Assembly: GCA_012295275.1 (NCBI GenBank)
Contig: CM022665.1
Coordinates: 33,108,001-33,172,000, forward strand
Direction: 5' to 3'
Source: Chrysomallon squamiferum
Lineage: Eukaryota; Animalia; Mollusca
DNA length: 64,000 bases
Shown piece after piece: positions 51,527 to 64,000 of this stretch. Both the position numbers and the translations under genes were made by a program. The notes under the pieces were generated by a model. It saw only the letters and a list, made by a program, of their open reading frames with translations. It was not told the origin of the DNA and made no database searches. Numbering within the stretch: position 1 is the first letter of the stretch; every line of letters begins with the position of its first letter.

Positions 51527-54500
51527 ACATATTTGATTATTTAAAGAATACAAATCAAAATTTTCTAATTGCAGACAGCTCCATTTCACAAAGACATGAA
51601 TTCAAAGTTGACTATGATCAAATAATTGAAAATATCAGAGATTTAAATACACTGGCTGGTGAAGGTGTGGCAAAAATACAGCATACTACAGATGGTGCCA
51701 GACTGAAGGTACATTAATTTTAATAAATTTAGTTTTATAAATTTGTCAATGTAAATTTTTATTTTTTTTTTTTTTTTATTATTGTTATTATTATTATATT
51801 TTTGGGTCTGTGGAAGCACATGCTTTAAAAGTGTGAGTTCATTTAATGATAACTGATATGTGATGTAACAAGTGGTGGAATATGTTAAATATAGTCTATT
51901 ATAATATGTACCATTATACTGTTTATGTTGAATGTGCTTTCATAATTTTATATTGTTATTTCATCTTAATTTTCAGATACCCAAACCGGTGCCATTGACA
52001 TTATATGCTAATGGAATTGTATTGTTTAGTGGACCATTTCGTTCCTTCAGTGATCCCACAACTCAGCAGTGTGTTCAAGATTTACTTGATGGCTATTTCC
52101 CTTCAGAGCTCCAGAGCCGATATCCTGATGGCATTCCATTTATTGTATGCATGCTGATAAAGTTTAATAATATTTTGTTTGATACAGTTATACAGTGTAT
52201 AGTTTTTATGAGATTAATCTTACAACATTTATATTATTTCATTTGCTAAAATTAAATAAATGACCAGACTGGAATCATTTTCCTTTATCTAAAATTATAA
52301 AAATTGAGTGGAAAAAACATTAAAAACCCAACAAATCGGTTAATTAGTATTTGGGCACATTATCTGGCATGTATTAATCAAAACAATTTAGCTATTGTAA
52401 AGGACTTAAACATATTTAAAACTTTCTAATTAAGTAGTATCTATTGGAGGTCTGGAAATAAAATATTAGTATTATACAGTTTACATAACTTTTTTTTTCA
52501 GTTACTCCTTCATATCAATAGGCTAAGGAAGCTGAATTGGTACATGGTATTAATTGATCTTTATATTAGAATAATATGCAATTATATTTTTGATGAATTA
52601 TTTTAATAACAATATTAATAAAAGAAAATGTAGTTACAAAATGAAATGTATAACTCACATAATTGTTCTATAGTAAAGTTTAATATTTTACAGGTGACTG
52701 ATATGAGATATGTGACATACGAAAGAAATCTGTCTTTAGTGTTTACTGGTACAGGACAGATCCTGGGTGGGGAAACCAAACCCTCTCGACTAGTTCCTAG
52801 TAACCTGGACCAATCCAGTTATCAGAACAAAACTAAAACAGAAAGTTCCTCTGATTCTAATTCTGCTGGAACAGTTACTAATCATCTGCCAGGTAATTTA
52901 AAAAAAATATTGCATTCAACACTGTAAATAAAAAAAAAAACTGGTTTTTTATTTAGTGGAAAAGTTGGATTTTATTTTTATAAATGTTGAAATATTTAAT
53001 GAGAAAAGAAAAATCACCAGATCTTTTACTTTTTGGTATTTTTCATAACAGTTTTTATAGTAATAAATTGATAAGTGTATCAAAATGAAGTTTATAGAAA
53101 TATCTATCTGCATGATTAATAAAGCTGAAATTTTTAATTATCTCATATTAGAGTTTTACTGTTATATTTCAGGACAACAGATGACAGTTCAGCAGTTCCT
53201 AGAGAGATTACCAAAATCTGTATTAAAAGAAGGTCGTTTGATTGATATCAGAGACTCTGTGGGAGAGGCTTTAGAAGTAAATGTTTGTAAAATTCCTCTC
53301 TAAACCAAATATTTATAGAGGACCTGTTTTAACAGATTGCACTATATTAAAATTTATTCAAATTACTATATTTGCATTTAGTATACTGCTCATTTATGAA
53401 AATAACTGAACATGTGTACTGAATTACTATTGTAATTATTAACAAAAGTTGCAAAAATTATTAAAGGTAAGAATATTGAGATGCCTTGTCAGAACTTTCA
53501 AATTTGTTTTTCAGTAAGGATTGGTTAGGTTAAAGTAGCTGGGAACATTAGCACTATCACATGAATGTGGAGCTGATGGTATAAAATTTCATCCAAATAC
53601 ATGATGTTCGCTTTGATACTTTTTCAATTTATGACTTGACTGACTTTGACAAACTGTTTAGTTGACATTCAGCTTGTCACCTGACTTTTAATGTCTTTTG
53701 TCCAATGATGTACTGTTCAACAATATTCTGATCAACTAACACACCATTTACCATAAAAAACTGCATAGCAGAACTAAATTTGCTTTGAAATCAGAAACAG
53801 TTTATGGAAATATAATCTTCTTTTCAGTTAGATTTAATATAACCAATATACAGATTGCTTTCTGCATAATCACAAAATAAAAACAAGTTCTTTACACAAA
53901 ACACACACACACACACACTTCTCTTCCTTTTGTTCTGATTTTTGAGAAAAAGAGCTGGTACAGGAGGGACTATAAATGGAGATCATATTGGTATAATTTG
54001 AAAGCCCTGCTTATTAAAACATAACATTGCATCATACTCTTAATACTTATACTGTTGCAATTGTTACCTGTAATTTATTCACTTTAATAATTCTCTTTCC
54101 TGTTGATATTGCAGGGATCGGATCCAAGATTACCAGGAGTTACTGTCTGTGATACTGAGGTTACTGCTGAAATGAAAAAAAGGTATATTCATGAATATTT
54201 TTCAATTTAGAATTTACAGTAACTTTATTAAAGGTTATCTTTAAAAAAAAATTTTTTTAATAAGAATGTTGTAGAAGAAGCAGAAATAGAAGAAACATCT
54301 AATGTTTTTTTGTTTTAAAACTGTTGGTGAATGTTAGTTTTCTGTTGTCATTATGTAGGAATACAATTCCTGTCTTTTCTTTTCTAGACTGGAGAATACA
54401 TCATCACCTTTTCAACCATCTTCACCTCATGATATTACAACCCTGAGGATAAAATCAGAAAGTGGAGATCACACATATATAGTCAAAATGAAATTCACTG

Positions 54501-55170
54501 AAACAATTGGTGATCTCAGAAAATATCTGAACAAGGAAAGGTTTGTATTTATTAGTCATGATCAAATTTCAAACAGAAAATGGAGAAAACATAAATATTT
54601 TTTAAGATGTTATTTTTGTTTTGCTTCTTTTTAGTATTATTACATCAAATAAAATGATTTAATAAATAGTTGTAAAAATAAATTTTTGTGATTTTAGGAA
54701 TCTACTATTTTACAGATTTCTAAAACAGATTTCTTATTTCTAGACAAGCCAAATGTTATGCAATAAATTTCTTTTTATTAATATTACTTGAGTAGCAATA
54801 TCAGGTCATTTTAAGATAATTCAGAGAGAAAACAACATAAAATCTCTTTTGCACTGAACTGTCAACACACTGTTGGTGCGAGATAATAACAAAATTTGTA
54901 TTTTTTTAAATAAGATCATTTATATTTATATTTTTCATTTTTTGAGTTTTTAATTATTACATTTGATAAATCTTTTCATTGTTTATTGAAAATTATTTTA
55001 AAAAACCCCCCAAAAAACAACATTAAAAATAATTTCTTTACAGAAAAAACATGTCTAATTTCAAGATAACTACTGCATATCCAAAACAAACATATGATGA
55101 TGAAAGTGCTACACTTGAAGAATGTGGTCTCACACCAAATGCAGTTTTGTTACTGCAGAATGCCATCTGA
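45460..55170 (+). CDS. UBXN11: UBX domain-containing protein 11 (coiled coil + SEP + UBX; p97/VCP cofactor), 14 coding exons, 507 aa
   Basis: Exons: 45460-45512, 46430-46467, 46605-46733, 47271-47365, 48848-48902, 49522-49598, 51037-51160, 51575-51708, 51977-52144, 52694-52892, 53173-53276, 54115-54182, 54388-54540, 55044-55170 (1524 nt, phases consistent, ends TGA). Starts MSSPLSSLKKT. Motifs DSELMSLM, LQQQVYEMESFLADYGMVWVG, SEP-domain LTLYANGIVLFSGPFRSFSDPTTQQCVQDLLDGYFPSELQSRYPDGIPF, FLERLPKSVLKEGRLIDIR and UBX TLRIKSESG...TLEECGLTPNAVLLL match UBXN11. Confidence 0.95.
45705..45745. repeat. (AAT)n microsatellite
   Basis: Direct read. Confidence 0.9.
49667..49897. mobile_element. hAT-type MITE with 8-bp TSD
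   Basis: Ends CAGTGGTGTGCAAAGG / CCTCTGTTACTACTG; flanks actttcca / accttcca (7 of 8 match). Confidence 0.7.
50368..50978 (+). mobile_element. Merlin (IS1016-like) DNA transposon remnant
   Basis: Inverted ends atatttggtgctactctggcatgtg / cacatgccaaagtagcactgaatat; internal KALAFLRRHGLVADEENVPCHHCG*EM resembles the Merlin transposase N-terminal CxxC region. Confidence 0.6.
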
Positions 55171-58100
55171 AAAAAATTATTTTGATTGCTGTCATTTCTG
55201 GTCATTCTAATCAGAGAAATGAAAAAAAAAAAAAAAATTGTGTAATAAATAACTTTTTAAACATCTCAGATGGTAAATATTTTGCAGAAATAAATCTTTA
55301 TTGTAGTACTTCAGATTCCATATTCTGTATAGTTACCTTAAATGAATTGAATTGAAATTTTTTGAGTTACTTTTCAGTGAACAGTGATATTTATATAATA
55401 CATTGTATAACTAACTAGCAAAGTTTATATTGGCTAACAATGGATTCACATTGATAGAAAACTCATAAATATTCAGTGAATAATAACTTGCAAGATTCAT
55501 TTAACATGACAGCATAAAAAAATTAAAAAAAGAAGAAGAAAATAGTAAAAAAAAAATAACAACCAGATAATGGAAGCATATTCATATTGTATAATCTTTA
55601 ACTTTATTATTGCATTAATGTATACTCTATTATATAAAACTGGCACTATTTGTTAACACTGAATGATGTGTCTTAAGATGTACATGATAAGTGACAGTTA
55701 ATGTTATTGATTAATTGTATATCTGACCAGGTGAGATTTATTTTAAACTTTTGTCAACAGTAGTAACTAACTGGGCTCTTAAAAACACACAATAGAATAA
55801 ATAGTTATATATATATAAAGAGATAATGATTATCAAATTATAGAAAATGAAAAGACCATTTATATGCAATAAATGTTTTCATTACTTTTTTCTGAGCTTA
55901 AATGTTCAGAATATATATTTATGTATACATTTGTTTGTTATATAACAAGTTATATAACCATTAGTTGGAACAATTTTAATGTTTCACAATTTGATATTTG
56001 TATATGAGCATCATAAGCTTTATTTTTTCAAATGACATAATGTGACATCATCTAGCCAAACACTTCATGTTATTAAATTAACATTCATTAAGCAAACTCT
56101 TTGAGATAATAGACACCAATGACGTGGATGTTGCCAACATTGTCATCATTGACGATGCATCATAGTCCCAACCAGTGCCATTTAAGACTTTTGTCAGAAT
56201 ATGTGGGTTTTTTGCGAACATTGAAACACATATGTTTGCTTTTGTTTATAAGGATTAACTTCAACAAATATTATTTAACTCATTCTGGAGTTTAACTAAT
56301 CTCATTATCTCAAATACCAAGTGTTATAAAAGATGTGAAAAAAATTAAATTGATGAGATTACAGAAATCGAAAAAAATAAAATTCAGAATTTGACTTTAG
56401 AATTCATGGTTAGAAATATATATATATATATATATTGTTTTAGTGTTACACATGTGTCTGTCTGGATTTTATTTTTTCCTTATATACTAAGATAAAATAA
56501 CTTTTGTGTGAAGATGAAAACTAAATAAAATGATTGGTTCTGAATGATCATTTTTGATGAATGGACATAACTATATCATATTGCAGTCAAAACCACATAT
56601 TATCAATCAAGTAGAAGATTTCTGATTAATCCAGTTTTAGGAAACTATTATTTTAAGTTGTTGAGAATCCTGAACTTTCTTTTATTTTGTTTTGCACACT
56701 ATTGTCAATTTTGGGGAAAATAATGTTAGTAGAGCAGTGTTTGCAGTGGAACAGGTTATGGAGTAACATCATAATTAAGATGCTGCTGAGAAATAGAAAA
56801 CTGAATTCACTGCATTGCTAATATTCCTGTGATGAATATTACAGTTTATTTATTTATTATATCAAAAAGGATTTGTCATCTTCTAAAAGAAATGTCAGTT
56901 GAAAGTACCAATGAACGACACAAGAAGTTCATACATGTTTAAAAATTATAGTTTATCCAACTATTTTATTATTTATGGTGAAAGTTTATTACACTGGTCA
57001 TATATTTCACAGTCGAATCTTGTTCACAGCTGTTTTTGTGTGTGTTTTTTTGTTTGTTTGTTTTTTAATTCAGAAACAAAATTTCCATTTATACATTTAA
57101 AATAATTATTGTAATGAGTAAAATTTATTTAATAATAATAATAATAACAACAATAATTTGAGACCTATATATACACATATATATATATTCTGGACTCTGA
57201 ATATCTTGTGGTTTAATGAATTTTTTGTTTACACCAATTTAACTTTAATGTATGAAAATAATGTTTTGCTCACATTACGGCTTGTTTTTGTTTTTTTTGT
57301 TTAGTTTGTTTAGTTTTTGTTTTTCTTCTTTTTTAAATAGAGGTCTTCCAGTTAAGACCTTAATTAATTTTCTACTCATGGCAGCTGACGTGTAAATTAA
57401 CAACATATTCATGCCTTGGATACGCATCTCTATCGAAATTTATGTGATACATGGACATTTATTTGAGGGCCAAAAATGTCTCACAAAAAGTCATTTTTAT
57501 GCCTCATTAATTCATTTACCATTTTGTTCCAAGAGGTCATACTCTTCTAACATTCTAATAAATCAGTATTTGCTAGAAGGCAGGGGAATGTCACCTTCCA
57601 TCACAGGTCAAAGGTTTTGCAACAGCAGTCCAAGAAACCTTGTCGTCAGTAAGCAATAATAAATATTGAGATTTAGTCATCTTTATTTCACCCACCCATC
57701 ATACCCAAAGCTGTGTGTTTTAATTGTTAAGATTTGTATTTAAGTGTTGCATTCAGACATATGTAAAAGGGTGAACTCGTGAAAACCTAGATGGAATTAA
57801 TTTTCCTTGTGAAATCCATGTTTGTTTCCATCACTTTCCAATACCCAGTGCCCCCTATTTTATTTTATTATTTTAATTTTTTTGAGGAAGGAAATCACAA
57901 TTGCAATATTTAAAAGGAAGCAAAATATACTGCAGTGTCTGCACACTGATTTACTGCACTGCTGCAAATGGTGAGTGTAAATAAATGTGTTTGTTCCAAA
58001 AATATCTTGTATTGGTAAAATCAATGTTGGAATAATAAACTAAAATACACATATTTGGAGTTCAGATTTTTGACAATGTTGAAATACAGCATCTGTCAGT

Positions 58101-59559
58101 TTTTATCTTTAGTATTTATTTTATTTTATTTTATTTATTCTTTTTATTTATTTATTTATTTTGTATTTATTTATTTACCAATTGGTATAAATCACATCTT
58201 TATTTGACAACAATTTAAAAAAAGGTGCATTAGCTAAAGAAGGTCAAATTTAAAGTTTTAGGATATTCCCCTCTTGATCATTACATAATATATTGTTTTG
58301 ATAAATTGTTTTTGGTTGCTGTCGCAGTGCCAGAGCCTAAAGTGTTTATTACATCTAGGGGATATAGGTGTTTAGAACACTATGGCAGGAATTAGTAAAT
58401 GCAAATTTATCAACATTATGGTATAATAGGTATGTCAGTGAAAACCGCTGAATCAAAGAGTGAATTTACTTAACTTCAAAAATTTAAACATTACTTTTAA
58501 ATATTCGTGTATTTTCTTGTAAAATGGTATTATGGTCAAACAGAATTTAAATTATCTGCATATACCAACAGTTTATTTATTCATCATAATTATTAATACA
58601 TCTTTTTTCTGTTTCATATTCTGGAGTCTCAAGATTATATAAATATAAAAAAATAAATAAAATAATACCTTATTAAAATTATCTATAGTTTCTATATAGA
58701 AAAGAAATGAATATACTGAAATACAGTTTCATAGATACCCTGGTTTTGAGTTAAAACAAAGTCAAGATTATCTATCTTTGTTACAATTTTTAAAGAATCA
58801 TTCAGTTTTGAAATATGTTTACAGTTGATGTTTGTAAACATCAGTAACAAAATTTATATATCAAAAGTAAACAGTTCTTAAATAGAAACAATTTATTTAT
58901 TTTAAGATCTTACTCAGCAATTAAGCAGTGTGAATGGAGGGAGAGGGGTGGGAGAGAGAGAGAGAGAGAGCACGAACAAGTAGTTTATCAATGCCTAGGG
59001 ATGGAAGTATTATTAAACTAATGAAGCTTAAGCTTCAGGGCCCTTAATCCAGGATGGGCTACAGAAGTGGGCACACAATTTAAGTACCTGTGCTAGTTCT
59101 CCAGAACACATAGGCTACTCTTAATGATTACAGTAACAGCACAGAAGTTTTATGTTTATATCACCAGGCAGGATAGGCATACTTAGATTGTTTGATCAAA
59201 GCAAAATTATTTTAAATTTGGTACAAAATATTAATAATAACAATAATAAGAGTAATACACTGTCAATTATTTATTGAACAAATGTAGCTCGTTGGTTGTT
59301 AAAAATCCATTGTATTCTTTGTTTTAAATTACCTCGGATACATCAGACTAATTAAGGCATGTGTTTTGAGTTTGAAAAGCAAAACCTTGAATGAAGTAGA
59401 TAAATTGGGAGTTGCAGAAATGTGTCAAATGAAAATTTTATTTATTATTATTATTTCTTTAAAACTGATAATAGCATAATGTTTATGTAATCCTGAACGA
59501 AAATACAACAAAAAATTATGTCAGGATTGCAAAATCATCCCAGACCAGAAAAAAAGGGT

Positions 59560-59820
59560 TTTTATACATCTTGCACCACTGACCCAGCTAGATTGCCTTA
59601 ACAATTGTGCCTATGTAGAGGGCACTTGGCAGAACTTGTTGCTGCATCAAATTATCAGACAGAAATGTGGAAAATGGCAAATCATGAGAATGGAATTGAT
59701 GGAAAGATGACAGAGAACCACTCTGGTGCTGATGAAATGATCTTACAATAAAAACTAAGAGAACTGGAGGAATCTGATGATGAAACAGGAGAACAGAAAT
59801 TTGCTGCAGATCAAAATAAC
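59560..59820 (+). mobile_element. Possible DNA transposon coding relic (Academ-like)
   Basis: DPARLP*...H...ASNYQTEMWK resembles the LPP...H..RANYQ..IW motif, followed by an acidic tail; heavily decayed. Confidence 0.35.
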
Positions 59821-61346
59821 AGTACAAGTGAAATTTGTGATATGGGTGCAGTAGAAATTTATTTTACTGTGGGCATAGGACACTATTAGCAGACTGGACA
59901 GTGTATATGTGATTTATCTTAAATATTCCCAGTGATATTTGTTCCTACTGAGACTAAGTGATTGGTTAGCAGAATACAGATGTATATTTCCATTCCAAAT
60001 TCTAGATGGCTAAATGTTTAATCATTGTAAAGTCATTACTTTAAGTTCACGTTGTTTCAACATATCTGCATCCTAATTTTTATCTAACTTTAGGATACAG
60101 TAATATTTTTTTACTTCGCTGTTTTTCCCTTTTAAAAAATGTAATAAAGTACATGAAGGGAATTACTAAAATTATTTAAAATCCTTGTTCTCTTTCATAT
60201 TAATATTAACATTAACATTTATAAACAGATAAATATAATTTTGATCCTATTTGTTAAACTGTTAAGTAAAAGAAACTACAAAACTAGATTATTAAAGTTT
60301 GTTATTTTTAGTATGTAAAAAATTAATTCCCATGAATGCTGAAACAAAAAATGATCTGTAGTTATTTTTAAAGTAATCTGTCAAAATGTACATACTAGAA
60401 AACAAATTATTACTAAATAAGTCAGCACGGTCAGCAAATTATTTTGTCAGAATGAAGCATAATGTGTTGTTTGTAGTATCCACAAAATAGTGAACGAAAC
60501 ACTTAGCTTGATAAGGTTAAATTACACTTTTATTTTAAAAAAGCTGTTTAAAACAATATCCCTTTATTATTATAACTGTATTTGAAACTGAAGAAACTCG
60601 GTTAAATCTACTTAGAAAATAATAATTAAGAAAACACTGAACAGTAACAAAACAATTTCCATGATTATATTAATGTCAACAAATGGATAGTTATCTCTAT
60701 ACGTGTGAATCTGAAAGAAAAAAAATAGTGGAATGACTGAATTCCATTTATTGGCAAATAATTACTGCTATGTCAGAATACAACTATTGGATTTTAAATT
60801 AACCAGTATATTTGTTTTTATGATGTAACAGTGCTTATCTAAAATTGTTGAATTATGCACTTCAAGCATTCTTTTAAGATTTCACACTACTATTTTTATA
60901 TTTATTATTAATAGTGAATAAACACAATGCAAACTATAAATGTATAAATAAGACATGCTTTTGGAAGTAGATTTTAAAGTTTAGGACAAAAACATAGTTC
61001 TTATTTTATTGTGTATTTTTATACTGAAAAAGAAATGTTACAAACATGAAGGATATCATCTGTTTAAATTAATTCTTCTTATTTTATTTTTGATGTAATT
61101 CATTTGCAGTTCTGCATTTGGTACTACACTATTTTTACCTTATTACCAAATGTTTTACTTAAAGTCCTGAAGAAAAGAGAGACATAAAGGAATTATTTTT
61201 CTTTGTACAAACCATACAAAAATAAATTGTTTTAAGAGACAGTGTAATATTTAACACTGTATCCTAACTAATGAGATTAAAACCAGTGACCTCCTGAGTT
61301 GTATTACTTGCAAATTCTGCTGAAACCAATATCAATACTGTGCTTA

Positions 61347-63581
61347 TTAAGTTGTTTTGAGAGGACCCCATAGTTGTTCTTCTGTCTGCCCTTGACTTTT
61401 AGAATTTGCAGATTCTCTAATAAGTTTCTGAGTTTCTCGTATAATAACTCTGATATCCAAGACTGGCTGGCTGGCATTTTTAGTTGCTTCATTAAAAGGA
61501 AAAACAAGGTAGAATTCTCCAATACGTTTTGGGATTTCCTTAGGAGTTGATGCTGTTGTGTTGACAAACTTGTTTTTAGAAGCTGTTAGATATGGCTTGT
61601 GAGAACCATTCATTTTGCTCTGACCAGATACTACCAATTTAGGATTAGATATCTTGATTGGTGACACTCTGGGCAAATGCAATGTATGGTCACATTTCTT
61701 CTGCTTTTTCTTACCAGTTGCCAATTTATTAAGAATAGGTGTGTCATTCTGGTCCTGCTCTTGGATAAAACCTGTAACAACTGGTTGTTTATCTTTCTTA
61801 ATACTTGCCTTCAGATAAGATGACTTGACTTTTAAGGGACTTTTTGCAAGTCTGGCCAAGGCAGGCTGACCTGGAATTCTTTTTAACTTCTGCCAGTGAA
61901 AAGGTACATGTTTACTATCATTTTGGGTGGAATTGCCATACAGTGAACTCATAATAGCAGGATTTGATGTTACTGTGTTTGGCAAAGAGATTTCACTGTC
62001 AGACTTATAACAATCATTGTAAATTTCAGAAAAACTTGAAATGCCCTTATCAGAGACAGTAGATGATTTGTTATGACCTTTTTGTAATAAACAACAACTC
62101 TTTGTTTTCGACAATCTTCTAGAGCTGGCAGAACATTTTGTCTGTGATTTAGCTGTCTCTGCATGTGACATGACTGTACTTTCAGTTCTCTCTGATTTCA
62201 GAGCTTTACCTAATTCATCACAAAACAAAGAACCAAAAGACTCCTCTGCAAAATCAGTTTTTATCACATCTGCAGTTGGTGCTAAACATTCTTCTATATC
62301 ATCATCTTCTGAGTGATAAACAAGAGGAAGACCACATATTGGAAGTTCAGAATCTGTTGTTTTACAACAACCACTTTCATTCTGAGTATTAGCCTGTCCT
62401 TTACCCTGCATAACAGTTTGTCTTTTTGATGTATCAGAAATATTTCGGCCTGTGTGTCTTTGTGAATGGTTGTGGGATGTAAAACTTGAAGTATTTGAAA
62501 TGTTCTTGTTTGCATGCTGCGATTCAGAGCAGTGAGCTCCTCTCTCAGCATCAGTACTTTTAAAATTCAACATTTCCATTAGATCATGAAGCAATGGTTT
62601 CTTCACCAGTACGTCTGCCTGACAGTCAGATGCTAAAGCAGGACTAAAATTGACTTCAAGAAGCCAGGGTTTTAGATTTTCATCAACAAGAATGTCAAAC
62701 CCATACAGTTCAAAACAGTTATCAACCTTTGGCACACTGGGTGCCTGAGTAATTAATGTGAGAATAACTATGTTGATGATACGAAGCCAGAGTTTCTGGT
62801 CATTAATGCCTTTCTGATGAAAGTAGTAACGTAATTGTAGAAGTGTCCATTTACATCCAGGACCAACTCTCTCCTTGTCACACATGTAGCTGGGACTGTG
62901 TTTGTTAATGGAAGTGTTAGTTAAGTGAGCAAAGATATTGTTTATTGAATTCAAATCAAATTTTTCTGTACTGAATCTCACCAGACCTTCCTGGTGGATA
63001 TAGACAGTTAGAGGATGAAAGGATGGAACAGCTACATAGATTCTGATGTCAAATTTATAGCCAGCTATGAGGAATGGATTTGACACATACTGTTGGATGA
63101 TAGCACTACAGTCATACTGCAGCTCAGATAACTCTCTGAACAAAAATATTCCTCTTCCTCGAGACATATCCACTGGTTTACAGATCCACAACAAAGATTT
63201 ATTATTCTCTGTTCCTTTCAGTTTACTGTACTCAGCAACAAACTTAGTGTAATCATTAGGCACATTGAATGCTAGTGGACTAAAATTATAAACACCACTT
63301 CCATAAACACCCTTCATCCGTTTCAGGGTTCTAGCAAGAAAGTCCTTTCTTGTGATGCCTACAGAGTTTGGATAATGATTCAGCCGCTGCCAAGGATTGA
63401 TCTGATTGTAGTCACTTGTGCGGAAACGTGACGTCTTCCACCATATATTCCAGTCAGATTCATCATGTTTCTCCTCATCATATTCCAGCCACCCTTTCTC
63501 CAGAAACACTTGATGCAGTAATTCTGGCCCGATTCCATTGTCATTGATTCTAAAAACAAGGGCTTTATTTTCCATTTTCAT
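61347..63581 (-). CDS. TTLL2: Tubulin polyglutamylase TTLL2-like, 744 aa, CDS in a single exon
   Basis: TTL-domain motifs WICKPVDMSRGRGI, QQYVSNPFLIAGYKFDIRIYV, EGLVRFSTEKF, AHLTNTSINK, CFELYGFDILVDENLKPWLLEVNFSP. TTLL2-type features LVFRI..., PNDYTKFVAEY, GCKWTL and C-terminal FYLVFPFN. In-frame TAA 60 nt upstream of the ATG; splice acceptor at 63698-63699. Confidence 0.93.
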   Translation of the reverse strand: MKMENKALVFRINDNGIGPELLHQVFLEKGWLEYDEEKHDESDWNIWWKTSRFRTSDYNQINPWQRLNHYPNSVGITRKDFLARTLKRMKGVYGSGVYNFSPLAFNVPNDYTKFVAEYSKLKGTENNKSLLWICKPVDMSRGRGIFLFRELSELQYDCSAIIQQYVSNPFLIAGYKFDIRIYVAVPSFHPLTVYIHQEGLVRFSTEKFDLNSINNIFAHLTNTSINKHSPSYMCDKERVGPGCKWTLLQLRYYFHQKGINDQKLWLRIINIVILTLITQAPSVPKVDNCFELYGFDILVDENLKPWLLEVNFSPALASDCQADVLVKKPLLHDLMEMLNFKSTDAERGAHCSESQHANKNISNTSSFTSHNHSQRHTGRNISDTSKRQTVMQGKGQANTQNESGCCKTTDSELPICGLPLVYHSEDDDIEECLAPTADVIKTDFAEESFGSLFCDELGKALKSERTESTVMSHAETAKSQTKCSASSRRLSKTKSCCLLQKGHNKSSTVSDKGISSFSEIYNDCYKSDSEISLPNTVTSNPAIMSSLYGNSTQNDSKHVPFHWQKLKRIPGQPALARLAKSPLKVKSSYLKASIKKDKQPVVTGFIQEQDQNDTPILNKLATGKKKQKKCDHTLHLPRVSPIKISNPKLVVSGQSKMNGSHKPYLTASKNKFVNTTASTPKEIPKRIGEFYLVFPFNEATKNASQPVLDIRVIIRETQKLIRESANSKSQGQTEEQLWGPLKTT

Positions 63582-63718
63582 TATTTTTAAATGTTTGTAA
63601 TGTTCTACTGCATGTTCACCACATGATCTCAGTTGCAGTTATAAATTCAAAAAGCAGTGGTCATAACTATTTTTTCTGATGCTGAAACTGTGTCAATCTG
63701 AAAACAACAACAACAACT

Positions 63719-63749
<31 letters not shown>

Positions 63750-64000
63750 TTATATAATTTTTTTAGGTTTTTTTAATACATTTCAAGTTTAAGATCTTAT
63801 GTTTGAGATAATTAGACACAAATGAGAGATAAAAGTAACTGTGATAGCTTATGTAGTTTGTATCAAGCACACTTCGACTTGAAAGAAAATTCTCTATTAT
63901 CAATCACAAATGCAAAGGATTTAATTTAAATGCTACGAAATAAATGTAATTTATAAAAATGCTGCATGTATCTTGTATGAACAATATCAATAAAAGCAAA

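Noticed and set aside
61304-63252. Small overlapping ORFs inside TTLL2
   Set aside because: Alternate-frame or antisense by-products of the long CDS
1-64000. CRISPR arrays, tRNA/rRNA genes, prokaryotic defence systems
   Set aside because: Eukaryotic intron-rich DNA; no regularly spaced repeat-spacer array or structured RNA gene recognised by eye (tRNAscan/Infernal not run)

Overview
AT-rich, microsatellite-rich metazoan genomic DNA; an invertebrate, probably a mollusc or cephalopod (inference from composition and protein divergence, not proven). Three protein-coding genes. (1) unc-79, a NALCN sodium-leak channel complex subunit, on the minus strand: ATG at 36422, 38 phase-consistent coding exons plus one probable cassette exon traced by hand down to position 184 (about 1830 codons), continuing off the left edge. 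(2) UBXN11 (SEP and UBX domains) on the plus strand: 14 coding exons, 45460-55170, 507 aa, head-to-head with unc-79. (3) A TTLL2-like tubulin glutamylase with an intronless 744-aa CDS on the minus strand (61347-63581), convergent with UBXN11. Introns and the intergenic spacer carry many decayed transposons: a Gypsy relic with Gmr1-like domain order, an internally deleted D34D mariner, MULE, two LINE RT fragments, a THAP-domain relic, a Tc2/pogo MITE, a Tigger nested in a MULE-like MITE, a Merlin-like relic and a hAT MITE. I found no clearly new multi-gene system. The best leads are regulatory or splicing features: six ACGT/D-box cores in exact 11-bp register upstream of UBXN11, candidate unc-79 micro-exons, a GAG acceptor, and three minimal uORFs before TTLL2. 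All homology calls come from recalled family motifs, not database searches.
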